64,000 bases of DNA from an uncultured Thiobacillus sp. (GTDB lineage: Bacteria > Pseudomonadota > Gammaproteobacteria > Burkholderiales > Thiobacillaceae), in contig CAZUVC010000009.1 in the NCBI GenBank assembly GCA_964623745.1, positions 10,221-74,220 on the forward strand, given 5' to 3'. The notes under the pieces are model-generated. The model had not been told where the DNA came from and made no database searches. It saw nothing but the letters and a program-made list of their open reading frames with translations. Below, in pieces: positions 1-11,091 of this stretch (within the stretch, counting starts at the first letter, position 1; each line of letters starts with the position of its first letter). The translations under genes and the position numbers were made by a program.

Positions 1-1083
1 CGTGCTGGTGGAACCCAGCGGGGAGGTCGATACAGTGCTCGAAGATTCCTTGAATGCTTGCCCGATGCCTGAGCCAATCCCCGCGAGGAAGGCATTCGCC
101 AGCGCCTGACCCTGCTTGGAAACCAGTCTTCCGCGCATCCCGGCCTTGCCATCCTCACCGGCTACATAACCTTTAAGCGATACGTCGACCGCCCCGCCTT
201 TCTGGTCGATGCACGACAGACGATCCGTCCTGATATAAGCACGCTCAGAAGATATGTCGCCGTAGCCATTGGCCGTGACCACGCAATCCTTCATGTCGGC
301 CATGTAGCGATTGGGCAACTGGGCTGGATCGAGCACCCGCATCAGAATTGGATGTGGATTGTTTTGTGCCTGTCCACCCGTCGGCGCATCCAGACCCGCC
401 AGTAACACCACGCGCATGAACGTCCCGGCAGGAAGATAGTTCTCAGCCGATGTCTTCTCTTCCTTGGATGGGGCGGACGACATGCCGGCGGCTTGTGGCT
501 GCGCCTGCTGTACGGCAGGCGCAGCCACCGTCGAATCGGAAACTTCGAGCGTGAACGCGCGCTTCACCACGGGCTGCATCGGCGCATTCGGATCCATGCC
601 AGGCTGTGACAACTGTCCAGGCCTTCCAGGAGGCGGTGGGGGAGGGGGCGGCAATGCCGCCGACCCCATGGGTTGCAGCGGGCGTAAATTGCCGCCGGGC
701 TGAATTACCACTGCCGGGGGAGGCATCGGCACTTCGTTGATTCCCGCTCCGGCGGTGCCTTGCATGGCTCCGCCACTCCTTTGCGGGCTATTCACCATGT
801 TCTGCTTGATCGCAGCAATTTCCTTGTTCAGCGCCTCGATCTTTGATGCTTCGTTCGCCCGCCAAACATCCTTGTCGTTCAGTTGCTGTCCCGGAACAGC
901 CAGGTTGAGGCTGACCTGTTCCGGCTTGTCCACGGGAGCCAAATCGGTTTTATTACTCCCGGAGTCGGCGAACCATGCCGCAGCCAAGGCCACCCCGACA
1001 ATCACGGCGCCGACGCCGCCCGCCATCATGAGTTGCTTCTTGCGGGCAGGCGAAGCCTTGAGGGTGGGTATGATTTTCGCCAT
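1..1083 (-). CDS. traB: F-type T4SS TraB/VirB10-like protein (partial, runs off window)
   Basis: ATG at 1083 overlaps the traK stop; N-terminal TM, Pro-rich linker, then YLPAGTFMRVVLLAGLDAPTGG typical of TraB; follows traK. Confidence 0.85.
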   Translation of the reverse strand, partial: MAKIIPTLKASPARKKQLMMAGGVGAVIVGVALAAAWFADSGSNKTDLAPVDKPEQVSLNLAVPGQQLNDKDVWRANEASKIEALNKEIAAIKQNMVNSPQRSGGAMQGTAGAGINEVPMPPPAVVIQPGGNLRPLQPMGSAALPPPPPPPPGRPGQLSQPGMDPNAPMQPVVKRAFTLEVSDSTVAAPAVQQAQPQAAGMSSAPSKEEKTSAENYLPAGTFMRVVLLAGLDAPTGGQAQNNPHPILMRVLDPAQLPNRYMADMKDCVVTANGYGDISSERAYIRTDRLSCIDQKGGAVDVSLKGYVAGEDGKAGMRGRLVSKQGQALANAFLAGIGSGIGQAFKESSSTVSTSPLGSTST

Positions 1084-1808
1084 TACCGCACCCCCTCGTT
1101 CCGTTTCACCACAAAGACCTGGGTGCTGCGACCCGGCTCAACGGTCAAGTCGCGAACCGACACAGCCAGCACGCCTTTTTTGTAGAATTCCTGTTCGGCG
1201 ACCCGAACCGGGGCGTCGCTGATATTGAACAGGCGATACTGTTCACCCACCAGTGAATGTCCGGTTAGAACATGCTCCAGCGCAAAACGGGAGCCTTTCC
1301 AGAGGTGGATTTCCTCCCAGGTTTTCTTCACCTCCAGACCCTCCGGCAAACCTTCACCCGCCAATGCCTGAATCATTTTCTTGATCGCCTGCTGGTAACT
1401 ACTGGCACGTTCTATCTCGCCAGGCTTGGCTGCAACGGAAGCAGGGACAGCCATTTCCTTGATCACGATGGTTTCCCCTGGAATATCCTGGGGCTGCAAC
1501 ACCAGCGTGTAGGTTTTCCCGCTTTGACTGAACACAAACACTCCGAACGGATCCTTGGCCAATGGCTGAATCAGAGCCTGCCCGGTGGTGGCGTCCGCGC
1601 TGCCAGTGAGCAGTCCGTCGTCGGCGGACTTGACCAGGCGAACCCGGCCTCCCTCGATCGAGATGCGGTTCAAGTCTCTGAGACTCACCTTGACGAATAA
1701 GGTCTTGCCCTCGACGCCTTCCACTACCTGCAGAGCGTGTGAGGACGAAGCGGCAAATAAGCAAAAAAGGCTAAGGAGCAGTGATTTCTTCAAACGGTCG
1801 GGCAGCAT
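1083..1808 (-). CDS. traK: F-type conjugal transfer protein TraK
   Basis: Signal peptide, LNRISIEGGR motif, position between traE and traB. Confidence 0.85.
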   Translation of the reverse strand: MLPDRLKKSLLLSLFCLFAASSSHALQVVEGVEGKTLFVKVSLRDLNRISIEGGRVRLVKSADDGLLTGSADATTGQALIQPLAKDPFGVFVFSQSGKTYTLVLQPQDIPGETIVIKEMAVPASVAAKPGEIERASSYQQAIKKMIQALAGEGLPEGLEVKKTWEEIHLWKGSRFALEHVLTGHSLVGEQYRLFNISDAPVRVAEQEFYKKGVLAVSVRDLTVEPGRSTQVFVVKRNEGVR

Positions 1809-2361
1809 TCTTACCTTCTCTCATACCGGTCAGCAGCACACGGCCGCCGCGTTGGCCAAACTCAAATACGTAGGTTTTGTTCACCTGTGATGTTCTGCTG
1901 TCCCCCAGATAGGTGTTGAGCACACCCTGAACAGCGATGCGTTGCTTTGCCTCGTCCGGCATGACCATCGCGATCGCCATAAAAGTGCTGGCGTTATCCG
2001 CCTTGATCTTTTGGGCATAAGCGCCGGCGTCGATTTCCAGCTTCCCGTAGAAGCGGGGGTCGATATAGGACTTGAGTGTGCGGTGATTAAAGTCCACGTT
2101 CTGTGGCGTCACATCGAAGTAGAGTTGGGCCAGAAACACGCCCATCTCGATCAGATATTCTTTGGAAACCTTGTCATCCTCGACCCAAAATGTTGTGTGG
2201 ATCGTCGGTGGAACCAGTGTTTCGCGATGTGTGTCGCCTCGCGTCAGGAAGGCGATCAACATCAGGAGCAATGCGATCTGCGACAGGGCGAACATCATCA
2301 CAGCCCATCTGCGCACACCGAGAGTGACGGCCACTTGGCCGCTCAGTTTGTCGATTCTCAT
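1771..2361 (-). CDS. traE: F-type conjugal transfer protein TraE
   Basis: Start MRIDKL at 2361 (TAATG overlap with traL); TM then LVPP..FWV...VSKEYL and VTPQNVD motifs. Confidence 0.85.
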   Translation of the reverse strand: MRIDKLSGQVAVTLGVRRWAVMMFALSQIALLLMLIAFLTRGDTHRETLVPPTIHTTFWVEDDKVSKEYLIEMGVFLAQLYFDVTPQNVDFNHRTLKSYIDPRFYGKLEIDAGAYAQKIKADNASTFMAIAMVMPDEAKQRIAVQGVLNTYLGDSRTSQVNKTYVFEFGQRGGRVLLTGMREGKNAARPFEEITAP

Positions 2362-2651
2362 TAACCAATGAACTCTCGTATGCTCGAAGGCGGTGTTGCC
2401 TTCATTCCAAGGTTGACGGGTAGATGCCAATACAGCAGGTGCATGCCATAAGCTCTGTGCTGGCCGAATTTGGCTTTGCGGTAAAGCCAGGCCATCACTA
2501 ACCCGAACCCCGTGAAGCTCACGAGCCAGCCTGTAATGAGGCCAAATACAAAGAAGGACATGAACAACATGGCCACGTCGAAATCCCACCACATGAACTT
2601 GGGAGGGTCGTCCAGGCGGGTCGGGATCGTTGGCGAATCTTGATTGGCCAT
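2361..2651 (-). CDS. traL: Conjugal transfer protein TraL
   Basis: IPTRLDDPPKFMWW and HLLYWHLP motifs, 96 aa. Confidence 0.9.
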   Translation of the reverse strand: MANQDSPTIPTRLDDPPKFMWWDFDVAMLFMSFFVFGLITGWLVSFTGFGLVMAWLYRKAKFGQHRAYGMHLLYWHLPVNLGMKATPPSSIREFIG

Positions 2652-2676
2652 GCTGTTCAGTCCGGTGATGCTTCGC

Positions 2677-2994
2677 TTAAATCACAGCGGCGAACATGCC
2701 GTTGATGATCGTCGGGCCAAGGCCGAACACGATGGCGAAGACGATGCCCACCAGCGCCGGCATGGCGGTAGACTTAGCGAAGCCAATGAGTGCGCCTACA
2801 ACGAACGCGGCGATCGCCAGCGCTTTGCCCAGATAGCCTTCGGCCCAACCTACCAGCATGTCGAACAGGGCTTGGAATTCTGTACCGGTCACACCACCGC
2901 CGGCGGTGGTGGCCCATGCCGAGCTGACCATCAGAGCGGAGAGAAGCCCCCCGACAACGACTTGTTTTTTGCTGAACATTTTCATGAAATTCAT
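2677..2994 (-). CDS. traA: Conjugative pilin TraA
   Basis: Start MNFMKM after AAGGAG RBS; signal peptide plus two hydrophobic helices, WAEGYLGKALAI; directly upstream of traL. Confidence 0.8.
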   Translation of the reverse strand: MNFMKMFSKKQVVVGGLLSALMVSSAWATTAGGGVTGTEFQALFDMLVGWAEGYLGKALAIAAFVVGALIGFAKSTAMPALVGIVFAIVFGLGPTIINGMFAAVI

Positions 2995-3031
2995 TTGATT
3001 CTCCTTGAGCGTGTGTATCGAAAGATTGGTT

Positions 3032-3277
3032 TCATGGTCCCGGTGTCTCAGCAGTCTCAAGGTCTCGCATCACGATGTGGCGCACCAAATCCAGCATGGC
3101 TTGCCTCGCTGTCCCATCGTTCAGACAGTATTCAATGGCGGCTGTGGCCAGTCGCCTTTCCAAGAACAGGTTTCTGTTGGGAAGGGCTCTCCCAAGCTCC
3201 TGCAGCTTGAGTTTGGTTTCCTCGCGCACAAGGACCGCCTTGTATCCCGGTTCGGTAGTGTTTTTTGTCATTCCCAA
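3032..3277 (-). CDS. Small hypothetical protein, possibly ribbon-helix-helix DNA-binding
   Basis: 81-aa ORF packed within the operon; KAVLVREETKLKL strand-helix pattern. Confidence 0.55.
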   Translation of the reverse strand: MGMTKNTTEPGYKAVLVREETKLKLQELGRALPNRNLFLERRLATAAIEYCLNDGTARQAMLDLVRHIVMRDLETAETPGP

Positions 3278-3280
3278 TCC

Positions 3281-3802
3281 CTATTCGTTAATGCTGATCA
3301 CCGCACGTCTTGCGCCAGGGTTCGTGCTGGGCGGATGCTCGATGCAGCATCGCGAATCGACTTTGATATTCCATACCGGGATTCCATTGGCGCGCATGAA
3401 ACCCGCGACCGCCATCCCGCGCTTGTACGCCAGAGTTTCGTTAAATCGCTTCTTGCCTATCTGATCTGTGCTGCCAACAACCAGAAGACGTCCCGCGTCA
3501 CGATGCAGTTTGAGAAAAGCATTGAGACTGGCTTTCTCGGCATGGCTGAGCCGGGCCGAGGCCAACGCAAAACGAACTGAAGTAGAGGAATGAACGGTGA
3601 GCGGCTTAGCAGCGCTATCCGATACCCTCGCTGGCATGGGAACGGCTACAGGCAGGTCAAACACCTTCGCCGTCCTTACAGGGCAATCGCCTTGATGACA
3701 CATGACATAAGCGCTAATGGAATCGGACTGCGTCACTTGCCAGTTGGCAGCCATCGACGAACCTGCCCAGACCATGGCAAGCAACGTGAACATGCGTTTC
3801 AC
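3281..3802 (-). CDS. OmpA-family peptidoglycan-binding protein (positional analogue of GGI yag)
   Basis: Signal peptide; VRFALASARL, GSTDQIG..FNETLAYKRG and RRAVI OmpA C-terminal motifs. Confidence 0.8.
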   Translation of the reverse strand: MKRMFTLLAMVWAGSSMAANWQVTQSDSISAYVMCHQGDCPVRTAKVFDLPVAVPMPARVSDSAAKPLTVHSSTSVRFALASARLSHAEKASLNAFLKLHRDAGRLLVVGSTDQIGKKRFNETLAYKRGMAVAGFMRANGIPVWNIKVDSRCCIEHPPSTNPGARRAVISINE

Positions 3803-4263
3803 GAGGATTTCCCCATTGCCCGGTAGACTTTCCAGGCATAGCTATTTCGTGCGCGGCGGCACGCATCACCTTTGAGTCGCGTGCATGCCGCGTTGTACGC
3901 ACCGACCGCTTCCCACGAAGCGCCATACCGAGTGAAGTTGTTCGCCAGCACCCAGGCCCCCAGCTTGACGCTGGTACAGGGATCGTAGAGGTGGGTCTCG
4001 GTGTATCCGAGCGACTTGATAGGGTTTCTCCGCAGCCACCGGGTATTAATCTGCATCAGCCCAATGTCTTGAGACTGTGTACTAGCTGTGTGAGTGCTGT
4101 TAACCGCATGCGGTCTCATATTCGACTCAACTTTGGCCACTGCCTTCAGCAATAGTGGAGAGACCCCATACATCTCCCCCGCCTCATCAAAACAGAAGGC
4201 GTGGGCTTGGGTATAAAAAAGGGCCGTCAAGAGGACAACCCAAGGGGAGGAGAGGGAAACCAT
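3799..4263 (-). CDS. Lytic transglycosylase (SLT; LtgX/VirB1-like)
   Basis: AVAKVES, DIGLMQIN and AVGAYNA SLT motifs; likely start MVSLSS at 4263. Confidence 0.9.
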   Translation of the reverse strand: MVSLSSPWVVLLTALFYTQAHAFCFDEAGEMYGVSPLLLKAVAKVESNMRPHAVNSTHTASTQSQDIGLMQINTRWLRRNPIKSLGYTETHLYDPCTSVKLGAWVLANNFTRYGASWEAVGAYNAACTRLKGDACRRARNSYAWKVYRAMGKSS

Positions 4264-4270
4264 GGGGCGA

Positions 4271-4338
4271 ATGCTATTGATGCGCTCATCCCGCTTCCAG
4301 CGGAAATCAAAAGAATGTTTTTTTGATTGATTGCTGAA
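4271..4338 (-). promoter_or_regulatory. Putative tra promoter: box TTCAGCAATCAATCAAAAA (4338-4320) plus -10-like TAGCAT (4276-4271)
   Basis: Identical box with identical 43-nt spacing to TAGCAT at 25731-25798. Confidence 0.6.
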
Positions 4339-5010
4339 ATTAAAATCAGAAATGGATAAAATTATTGGTTGCCAAAAAAAAAGAAAGCCCAAGAAGGGCC
4401 AAGGGACTTACCCGAAAGGGCTTGTTCGCTTGAATAGACGCGAACACAAAGGAATAAGGGGGGCTGAAGGGGAAATGCTTACTGGTTAAGGTCTATAAAT
4501 GGCTGGACAAAGAGCGCCCACCAGTTTGCGTCCTAGCGGAAATCACCAAAAGCTTTTGAGAGTAAAGGCTCAGACTTGGCCTGAAAAACATTGAAAGTAC
4601 AGGTCGCCTCTGTCAGATAAAAACCGGTCAGGTACTGCCATTGGCGGTGTGGGAAAAATGCGTTACTGGGCGTCCGGAGCAGGTCAGTAAAATCGGCGTG
4701 GTCTTCTGCTCCTCGGCCTAAGCGGCCTTTCACGCTTTATGCCCTACAGATCATCGCGAATGTCCGCTTCCTACGGACTCGAACTGGTGCTCCCCCTATC
4801 CTAAGCAGATTTATTGAAAGCAGGCCATCAACAAACAGCTCTTTTAGGTTGGTAAGCTGCCTCTGCCAGCAACAGATGGTCATTGATATCGTTTTGGGTG
4901 AACAGTGTTCGGAGCGGCCGTACGCAAGTTTCCATAATTCACTTGCTGAATGCCCTTATAAAACAGCTAAAGTGCGGAAAATTATTCACGCAAATGGCGC
5001 TTTTCACGAC

Positions 5011-6009
5011 TTAAAATTTGACCGACACGCTGAAAGCGCCAAAATTGTCACCGTTTTCCTGGGCCTGGAACTCGCGCGAACGAAGTACATGGGTGTAACT
5101 AAAGCGTATATCTGACCAGTCCAGGACAAAGCCGAACTGCAGGTCACCAACCAGCGGCTCCTTATCAACGCTGCGGCTATCGCGGAAGGTGTTGCCGTCG
5201 AGAAAGATGTTGTGCGCAACCGCCCGTCCCTCGATGCCTGCAAACAGGTACCAGCCGAAATCGGACACCAGAGCGAAGTCCGCTGAGCCCGGTAGGCCGG
5301 GCTGGATACGTGGCGGCCCGTAGTCGCTGGGCAGTTGCTCGCCGTAGCGCAGCGTGACGCCTGCATTGGCGTAGGTGAACACGTTGCCGAGTGCGGCCCC
5401 TACGTGGGGGGTGAAATCCAGTTGGTTTCCCAGGAAAGTCGTGATCGCGAATCTCCGCCAACTGCGCTGGTAGGCCAGGTTGATGCCCAACTCATCGCCG
5501 AGTTGGGTGTCCCAGCCTTGTGGCTCATCTGCGCCCACGACATCGTGGATGAATTTCTGGGTTTGCTCGGCTAGCGAGGACGGCCCGACGATGCCCAAAC
5601 TGACCCCGAACTGATCAAGCTGCTTGCCTAACTCCACGCCCAAGCCAATTGAACCGTATAGCCAGCCGGCATAGGGACGCTCATCCAGGGGTGGGTTGGC
5701 GACGGTGATATCGCTCGGCACGAACATGCTCTGGCCGAAGGCATAGCCATGGCGAATCTCGCCCTGCTCGGGGAACCACGGCACGAGGCGGGCCAGTTTG
5801 ATGGCCCATTCGGGTGTGGAGGTATCCGATTTGGGTACCCAGACCAACCTCACACCGTTCGTATAGTGCCGGTCATTGCCATAGAAAAAGTCATTTTCCA
5901 GGACGAAGCTCAACGTCCCATGTTTCCCTGGTTCAATTGCCGAGGCCGTGAGCGGGCAGGTGATCCCGATTGCAAGACGTAGCAACGTCGATCCGGCTAT
6001 TTTGTTCAT
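5011..6009 (-). CDS. LpxR-family (DUF2219) outer-membrane beta-barrel, putative lipid A deacylase
   Basis: Signal peptide, ENDFF..DRHYTNG and RPYAGWLY motifs, terminal Phe. Confidence 0.8.
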   Translation of the reverse strand: MNKIAGSTLLRLAIGITCPLTASAIEPGKHGTLSFVLENDFFYGNDRHYTNGVRLVWVPKSDTSTPEWAIKLARLVPWFPEQGEIRHGYAFGQSMFVPSDITVANPPLDERPYAGWLYGSIGLGVELGKQLDQFGVSLGIVGPSSLAEQTQKFIHDVVGADEPQGWDTQLGDELGINLAYQRSWRRFAITTFLGNQLDFTPHVGAALGNVFTYANAGVTLRYGEQLPSDYGPPRIQPGLPGSADFALVSDFGWYLFAGIEGRAVAHNIFLDGNTFRDSRSVDKEPLVGDLQFGFVLDWSDIRFSYTHVLRSREFQAQENGDNFGAFSVSVKF

Positions 6010-7130
6010 GCCATGGTTGCCAGGGTTTTGCGGAAGCGTGCCAGGGACAGGGTGAACAGGCTGGCTCCGATCACGGCCAGGCTGATGAATTGAGGCCAGA
6101 CAATGTCAAGGCCCGCGCCGCGATACAGGATTCCTTGCGCCAGCGTTACGAAATGGGTGTTGGGCGCGGCCTGCATGATGAACTGGACGGCGTCAGGCAT
6201 GCTTTCGCGCGGCGTCATGCCCCCCGACAGGACCTGCAGCGGCAGCAGGACCATCAACAGCAGCAGCCCGAACTGCGGCATCGTGCGGGCGAGGGTGGCG
6301 AGGAAAATACCCATGGACGTGGTCGCGAACAGGTGCAGGGTCGCACCCGCGAAAAACAGCGCGACTGAGCCTTCGATGGGGACTGCAAGCAGGCCGCGGA
6401 CAATGAACGTCAACGAGAACCACGATGCCGCGAGCACGACTAGGGCCATGGCCAAAACCTTGCTGCTCATGATCTCGAAAGGCGTCACGGGCATCACCAG
6501 CAGATGTTCCACCGTCCCATGCTCGCGTTCTCGGATAAGGGCGGCACCGGTGAGCACGATGGACAGCATGGTGATGGCGCTGATGATTTCCATAACGGAT
6601 CCGAACCAGGCCTGATTCAACTCGGGGTTGAAACGCGCCCGCAAGACCAGATCGACTGCGGGCACCGATTCCGCACGATACCCCCTGAGGAAATCGTTTA
6701 CCTCGCCCGAGACGATGGCCTGGATATAGCTGCTGCCGGTAAAGCTCTGGCTCATCCGGGTGGCGTCGACATTGAGCTGCAGCACGGGACTATGCCCCGC
6801 GAGGAGGTCGCGCTGGAAGCCGGACGGGATATGCAGGGCGAAAGTGTCGAGTCCGGCATCCATCCGTGCATCCATCTCGGCTGGCGTGATCAGGACCGGC
6901 GGCAGGAAGTAGGGCGGATAGATGACGTCGATGATACGCGTGGACAGCGAGGAGCGGTCCTCGTCGACGATGGAGATGGGCGCTTTGTGTAGCGTTTCCG
7001 GCATCGCCGTGGCGGCGGTGTAGATCGAAAACGTGAACGCGTAAACGATCAATACAAGCATGATGGGGTCGCGCACGAGGCTGCGCAGTTCCTTGATGCC
7101 AAGATGGAGGATGTTGCGTGCGGATCGCAT
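6006..7130 (-). CDS. yhhJ: ABC-2 transporter permease (YhhJ-like)
   Basis: GIKELRSLVRDP and REREHGTVEHLLVMP motifs; follows rbbA-like gene. Confidence 0.85.
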   Translation of the reverse strand: MRSARNILHLGIKELRSLVRDPIMLVLIVYAFTFSIYTAATAMPETLHKAPISIVDEDRSSLSTRIIDVIYPPYFLPPVLITPAEMDARMDAGLDTFALHIPSGFQRDLLAGHSPVLQLNVDATRMSQSFTGSSYIQAIVSGEVNDFLRGYRAESVPAVDLVLRARFNPELNQAWFGSVMEIISAITMLSIVLTGAALIREREHGTVEHLLVMPVTPFEIMSSKVLAMALVVLAASWFSLTFIVRGLLAVPIEGSVALFFAGATLHLFATTSMGIFLATLARTMPQFGLLLLMVLLPLQVLSGGMTPRESMPDAVQFIMQAAPNTHFVTLAQGILYRGAGLDIVWPQFISLAVIGASLFTLSLARFRKTLATMA

Positions 7131-7132
7131 GC

Positions 7133-9922
7133 TTATCGCTCCTGCTTCCTGAGCAGGGCCGCGCCGAGGCTGATGAGGACGGGAACGGCGATCAACAGGG
7201 GAATAAAGGAATCCCGGAGATCCATGAACCCGAGCCCTTTCGAGAACGTGCCGCGCGCAATCGTCACGAAATGGGTGGTCGGATAGATCTGCCCGATCAA
7301 GGCGCCCACACCCTCCAGGGAAGAGACGGGATCAATCAGCCCGGAGAACTGCACGGCCGGCAGAATGGTTAGCAGAGCGGTGCCGAACAGGGCGGCGACC
7401 TGGCTGCGCACGAAGGCCGACATCAGCAGCCCGAAGGCGGTGGCCGCAATCACGTAGAGGAAGGCTGCGCCGGCCAGGGTCATGAAACTTCCCTTCAGCG
7501 GCACGCCGAACAGGGAGGTGGCCAGTGCGGTGAGCAGCAGGAAATTGATCATGGCAAGCGCGATGTAGGGAATCTGCTTACCAAGTAGAAACTCCAGCCG
7601 GGTGACCGGGGTCACGTAGAGATTGACGATGGAGCCGAGTTCCTTCTCCCGCACTACCGATAGTGCGCTCAGGATTGCAGGGATCAGCATCAGCAATAGC
7701 GGGATCACCGCCGGTACCATGGCCGGCAGGCTGGATACGTCAGGGTTGTAGCGAAAGCGCGTTTCGATGCTGAATTGCCCGGCTGTCGCCGCTGCCCCAT
7801 ACGCCTCGCGCGCCTGGGTGGTGAGCCAGTGCTGGTGCATGCCCTGGACATAGCCGCGCACTGTCTCGGCGCGCATGGGCATGGCGCCATCGATCCAGGC
7901 GCCGATTTGCACCGGTGTGCCGCGCGCGATGTCGCGCGCGAAACCGGGAGGGATCTCGACGGCCAGACTGATTTCGCCAGTGCGCATGCGCTGATCCAGT
8001 TCATCATGATCGCGGATCGGCGGGTGCTCGATAAAGTAGCGGGAACCGGAAAGATTCAGCGCGTAGTCCCGGCTCAGGTTGGTCTGGTCTCGGTCGAGCA
8101 CGGCAAACGCGAGGTCTTTCACGTCCATGCTGATGCCGTATCCCAGCACTAACATGAGGATGACGCTGCCCAGCGCGGCCAGCGTGAGACGAATGGGGTC
8201 GCGGCGCAGCTCGAGTGACTCGCGCCGGGTGTAACTGAGCAGGCGGTACAGGCTGAAACTCTCACGACCGGCGGGGAAGGCTGCTGCGGTGTAACTGGCT
8301 TGCCCTAGAGTGGGCTGAAGTGCGTCTGTAGCGCGTGCAGGAGACACGGATTCGTTCTTCGCGACGGCATCCTCCAGATAGCTGATGAACGCCTCTTCGA
8401 GGTTGTGTGCTCCGCGCTTCTCGATAATCGCTGCCGGCGTATCGCTCACCAGCACTTGGCCGGCGTGCATCAGCGAGATATGGTCGCAACGCTCGGCCTC
8501 GTTCATGAAGTGGGTTGATATGAAAATGGTGACGTTATCCTTGCGCGCAAGGTCGATCAGGATGCGCCAGAAGCCGTCGCGCGCCACCGGATCGACGCCA
8601 GAAGTCGGCTCGTCCAGGATCAGCATCTCCGGTCTGTGGATCATGGCGACCGCGAGCGACAGGCGCTGACGCTCACCCAAGGGCAAGGCTGCCGGCAGAT
8701 CGCCCATAATTTCGGCGAGCCCGAAGTGCTCACCCATCTCCCGCACCCGCGGCTCGATATGTTCCGGCGGGATGCCAAACAGCCGCGCGTGCAGCACCAG
8801 GTTCTGCCGCACTGTGAGTTCGCCGTAAAGCGAGAAGGACTGGGTCATGTAGCCCACGCGGCGGCGCGTGTCGATGTCGTGCGGATTCAGCGGGTGGCCG
8901 AACAGCCACGCCTGTCCTTCGCTTGCGGGCAGCAGCCCGGTGAGCATCTTCATGGTGGTGGTTTTACCGCAGCCATTGGAGCCGAGGAAGCCGAAGATAT
9001 CGCCTCGGCGGATGCGGAAATTGACGTGATCGACCGCCATGAAGGTGCCGAAGCGCATGGTGAGATTGCGCGCCTCGATGGCCACCTCGGTTTCTTCGCC
9101 CGCAGCGCGGGGCTGGATTACCACGGGCCGGTAGCCTTCGCGCTGCACCGCGGGAAGCAGTCTGATGAAAGCCTCTTCCAGCGTACGGGTTTCAGTGCTC
9201 GTCAGTAGTTCCTGCGGCGTGCTGGTGGCGAGTACCCGGCCGTCGTTCATGGCGATCAGCCAGTCGAAGCGCGCAGCCTCTTCCATGTAGGCAGTGGCGA
9301 CTAGCACGCTCATGCCGGGCCGCTCTGCGCGGACACGTTCGACCAACTCCCAGAACTGCCGCCGCGACAGCGGATCGACGCCGGTGGTGGGCTCATCTAG
9401 GATCAGCAGGTCGGGGTCGTGGATTAGTGCGCAACAGAGGCCGAGCTTCTGCTTCATGCCGCCGGACAGCTTGCCGGCGGGGCGGTCCGCGAAAGGGGCG
9501 AGTCCGGTGGCGTTCAGCAGCTCATTGATACGCCGCTCGCGCTCGCGGCGGCCGTGTCCAAAAAGCCTCCCGAAGAAGTCCACGTTCTCGAATACTGAAA
9601 GCGTCGGATACAGATTCTTGCCGAGGCCCTGCGGCATGTAGGCGATGCGCGGGCACACCGTGCGGCGGTGTTGCGCATCGGCCATGTCGCCGCCCAGCAC
9701 CTCGACCCGTCCCGTCTGGATCGCCCGCGCGCCGGCGATGAGCGAAAACAGGCTCGATTTGCCGACGCCATCCGGCCCGATGACGCCGATCATGCAACCT
9801 CCCGGCAACTTGAGGCTAATGGCGTCCAGCACGCGCTCCTTGCCGTAGCGCAGACCAAGTCCACTGATGCGAACCACGGCCGCAACGTCTGGCGAGGGGG
9901 CGACGCCGTCGCGTTCGCTCAT
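7133..9922 (-). CDS. rbbA: RbbA/YhiH-like dual ABC ATPase-permease fusion
   Basis: Two Walker A motifs ([16 protein letters not shown]), LSGGM, DEPT, C-terminal permease. Confidence 0.9.
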   Translation of the reverse strand: MSERDGVAPSPDVAAVVRISGLGLRYGKERVLDAISLKLPGGCMIGVIGPDGVGKSSLFSLIAGARAIQTGRVEVLGGDMADAQHRRTVCPRIAYMPQGLGKNLYPTLSVFENVDFFGRLFGHGRRERERRINELLNATGLAPFADRPAGKLSGGMKQKLGLCCALIHDPDLLILDEPTTGVDPLSRRQFWELVERVRAERPGMSVLVATAYMEEAARFDWLIAMNDGRVLATSTPQELLTSTETRTLEEAFIRLLPAVQREGYRPVVIQPRAAGEETEVAIEARNLTMRFGTFMAVDHVNFRIRRGDIFGFLGSNGCGKTTTMKMLTGLLPASEGQAWLFGHPLNPHDIDTRRRVGYMTQSFSLYGELTVRQNLVLHARLFGIPPEHIEPRVREMGEHFGLAEIMGDLPAALPLGERQRLSLAVAMIHRPEMLILDEPTSGVDPVARDGFWRILIDLARKDNVTIFISTHFMNEAERCDHISLMHAGQVLVSDTPAAIIEKRGAHNLEEAFISYLEDAVAKNESVSPARATDALQPTLGQASYTAAAFPAGRESFSLYRLLSYTRRESLELRRDPIRLTLAALGSVILMLVLGYGISMDVKDLAFAVLDRDQTNLSRDYALNLSGSRYFIEHPPIRDHDELDQRMRTGEISLAVEIPPGFARDIARGTPVQIGAWIDGAMPMRAETVRGYVQGMHQHWLTTQAREAYGAAATAGQFSIETRFRYNPDVSSLPAMVPAVIPLLLMLIPAILSALSVVREKELGSIVNLYVTPVTRLEFLLGKQIPYIALAMINFLLLTALATSLFGVPLKGSFMTLAGAAFLYVIAATAFGLLMSAFVRSQVAALFGTALLTILPAVQFSGLIDPVSSLEGVGALIGQIYPTTHFVTIARGTFSKGLGFMDLRDSFIPLLIAVPVLISLGAALLRKQER

Positions 9923-10992
9923 TGCGGTAGCTTCACTTGGAGACGATCGGGCCAGGCGGCATTGGGATCACTTCGCACGTAAGCGACGCCGGGAAGGCCG
10001 GTTTTCACCTTGAGGATGTGCTTTTTGAGCAGGTCGGACGGGAGCTGCGCGCGCACGCGGAACATCAGTTTTTCACGCTCGCTCGCCGTCTCCACCGTTT
10101 TGGGCGTGAATTGCGCGACGTCGGCGACGAAAGACACATTCGCCGGAATCACGTACTGGGGAGCGGCATCAAGCACGATACGCACCTCGGTGCCGATTGC
10201 CATCTGCCCCACCACGGCAGTCGGCAGGAAGAATGTCATGTACACGTCGCTCAGATCCACCAGATTCAGCACGCGTCCGCCGCTGGATATCACTTCGCCG
10301 GGTCGGGCTATGATGACTTGCACCCGGCCATCGCGCGGCGACTTCAGCGTCGCGTCGTCGATGTCGGCCTGAATGCGTTCGATGTTGGCCTGCGCGGCCA
10401 CGGCAGTTGATTGCGCGCCGGTGACTTGGGAACGCGCGCTGACGATTGCCGACTCCGCGGCAGCGACTTGCGCACGCGCAGCGGCAACAGTCGCCTGGGC
10501 GCTTGCTACCCGAGCCCGCTCGTCGTCCACTGCCTGGGGAGATATGAAGTTCTTCTCGGCAAGCGCCATTGAACGCGCCAGATGCGATCGGGCGGCCTTG
10601 AGTTCCACTTCACGCTGCGCCACCACGGCCTGCGCCATCGCCTTGTCGCTTTCGCGCTGCGCAATCTGGCTGCCCGCCGTGACCACCGCACTGTTGGCCT
10701 GCTGCAGTTGCGCCTCCGCCTGCCGGTGCTGGGCTTCGAGTACATCGGTGTCCATCAGTGCCACGACCTGTCCTGCGCTGACGAATTCGCCTTCACGCAC
10801 GCGTATTTCTTTCACCCGGCCGGCGGCCCGGCTTGCGACGTCGATCTCGACGGCCTCGATGCGGCCATTGCCGCTGACCAGCCCGGTTTCGGTTTCCTTG
10901 AGTCCATAGTGCTGCCAGGCGAAAAATGCCACCACACCGGCGACCAGCACGGCCACCGTTCGGATTAACCATCTCTTTTGCTGTGGGGTCAT
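9919..10992 (-). CDS. yhiI: HlyD-family membrane fusion protein (YhiI-like)
   Basis: SGNGRIEA and [10 protein letters not shown] motifs, coiled coil. Confidence 0.85.
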   Translation of the reverse strand: MTPQQKRWLIRTVAVLVAGVVAFFAWQHYGLKETETGLVSGNGRIEAVEIDVASRAAGRVKEIRVREGEFVSAGQVVALMDTDVLEAQHRQAEAQLQQANSAVVTAGSQIAQRESDKAMAQAVVAQREVELKAARSHLARSMALAEKNFISPQAVDDERARVASAQATVAAARAQVAAAESAIVSARSQVTGAQSTAVAAQANIERIQADIDDATLKSPRDGRVQVIIARPGEVISSGGRVLNLVDLSDVYMTFFLPTAVVGQMAIGTEVRIVLDAAPQYVIPANVSFVADVAQFTPKTVETASEREKLMFRVRAQLPSDLLKKHILKVKTGLPGVAYVRSDPNAAWPDRLQVKLPQ

Positions 10993-11091
10993 CGTTGTCT
11001 TTACCTTGCGTGGTGTTGTTCGATAAATTCTGGGCCGGTTAATTGCATATAGCCACAGTGGCGAGTGGTTGTTGCTTTCGCTCGTCTGCGC

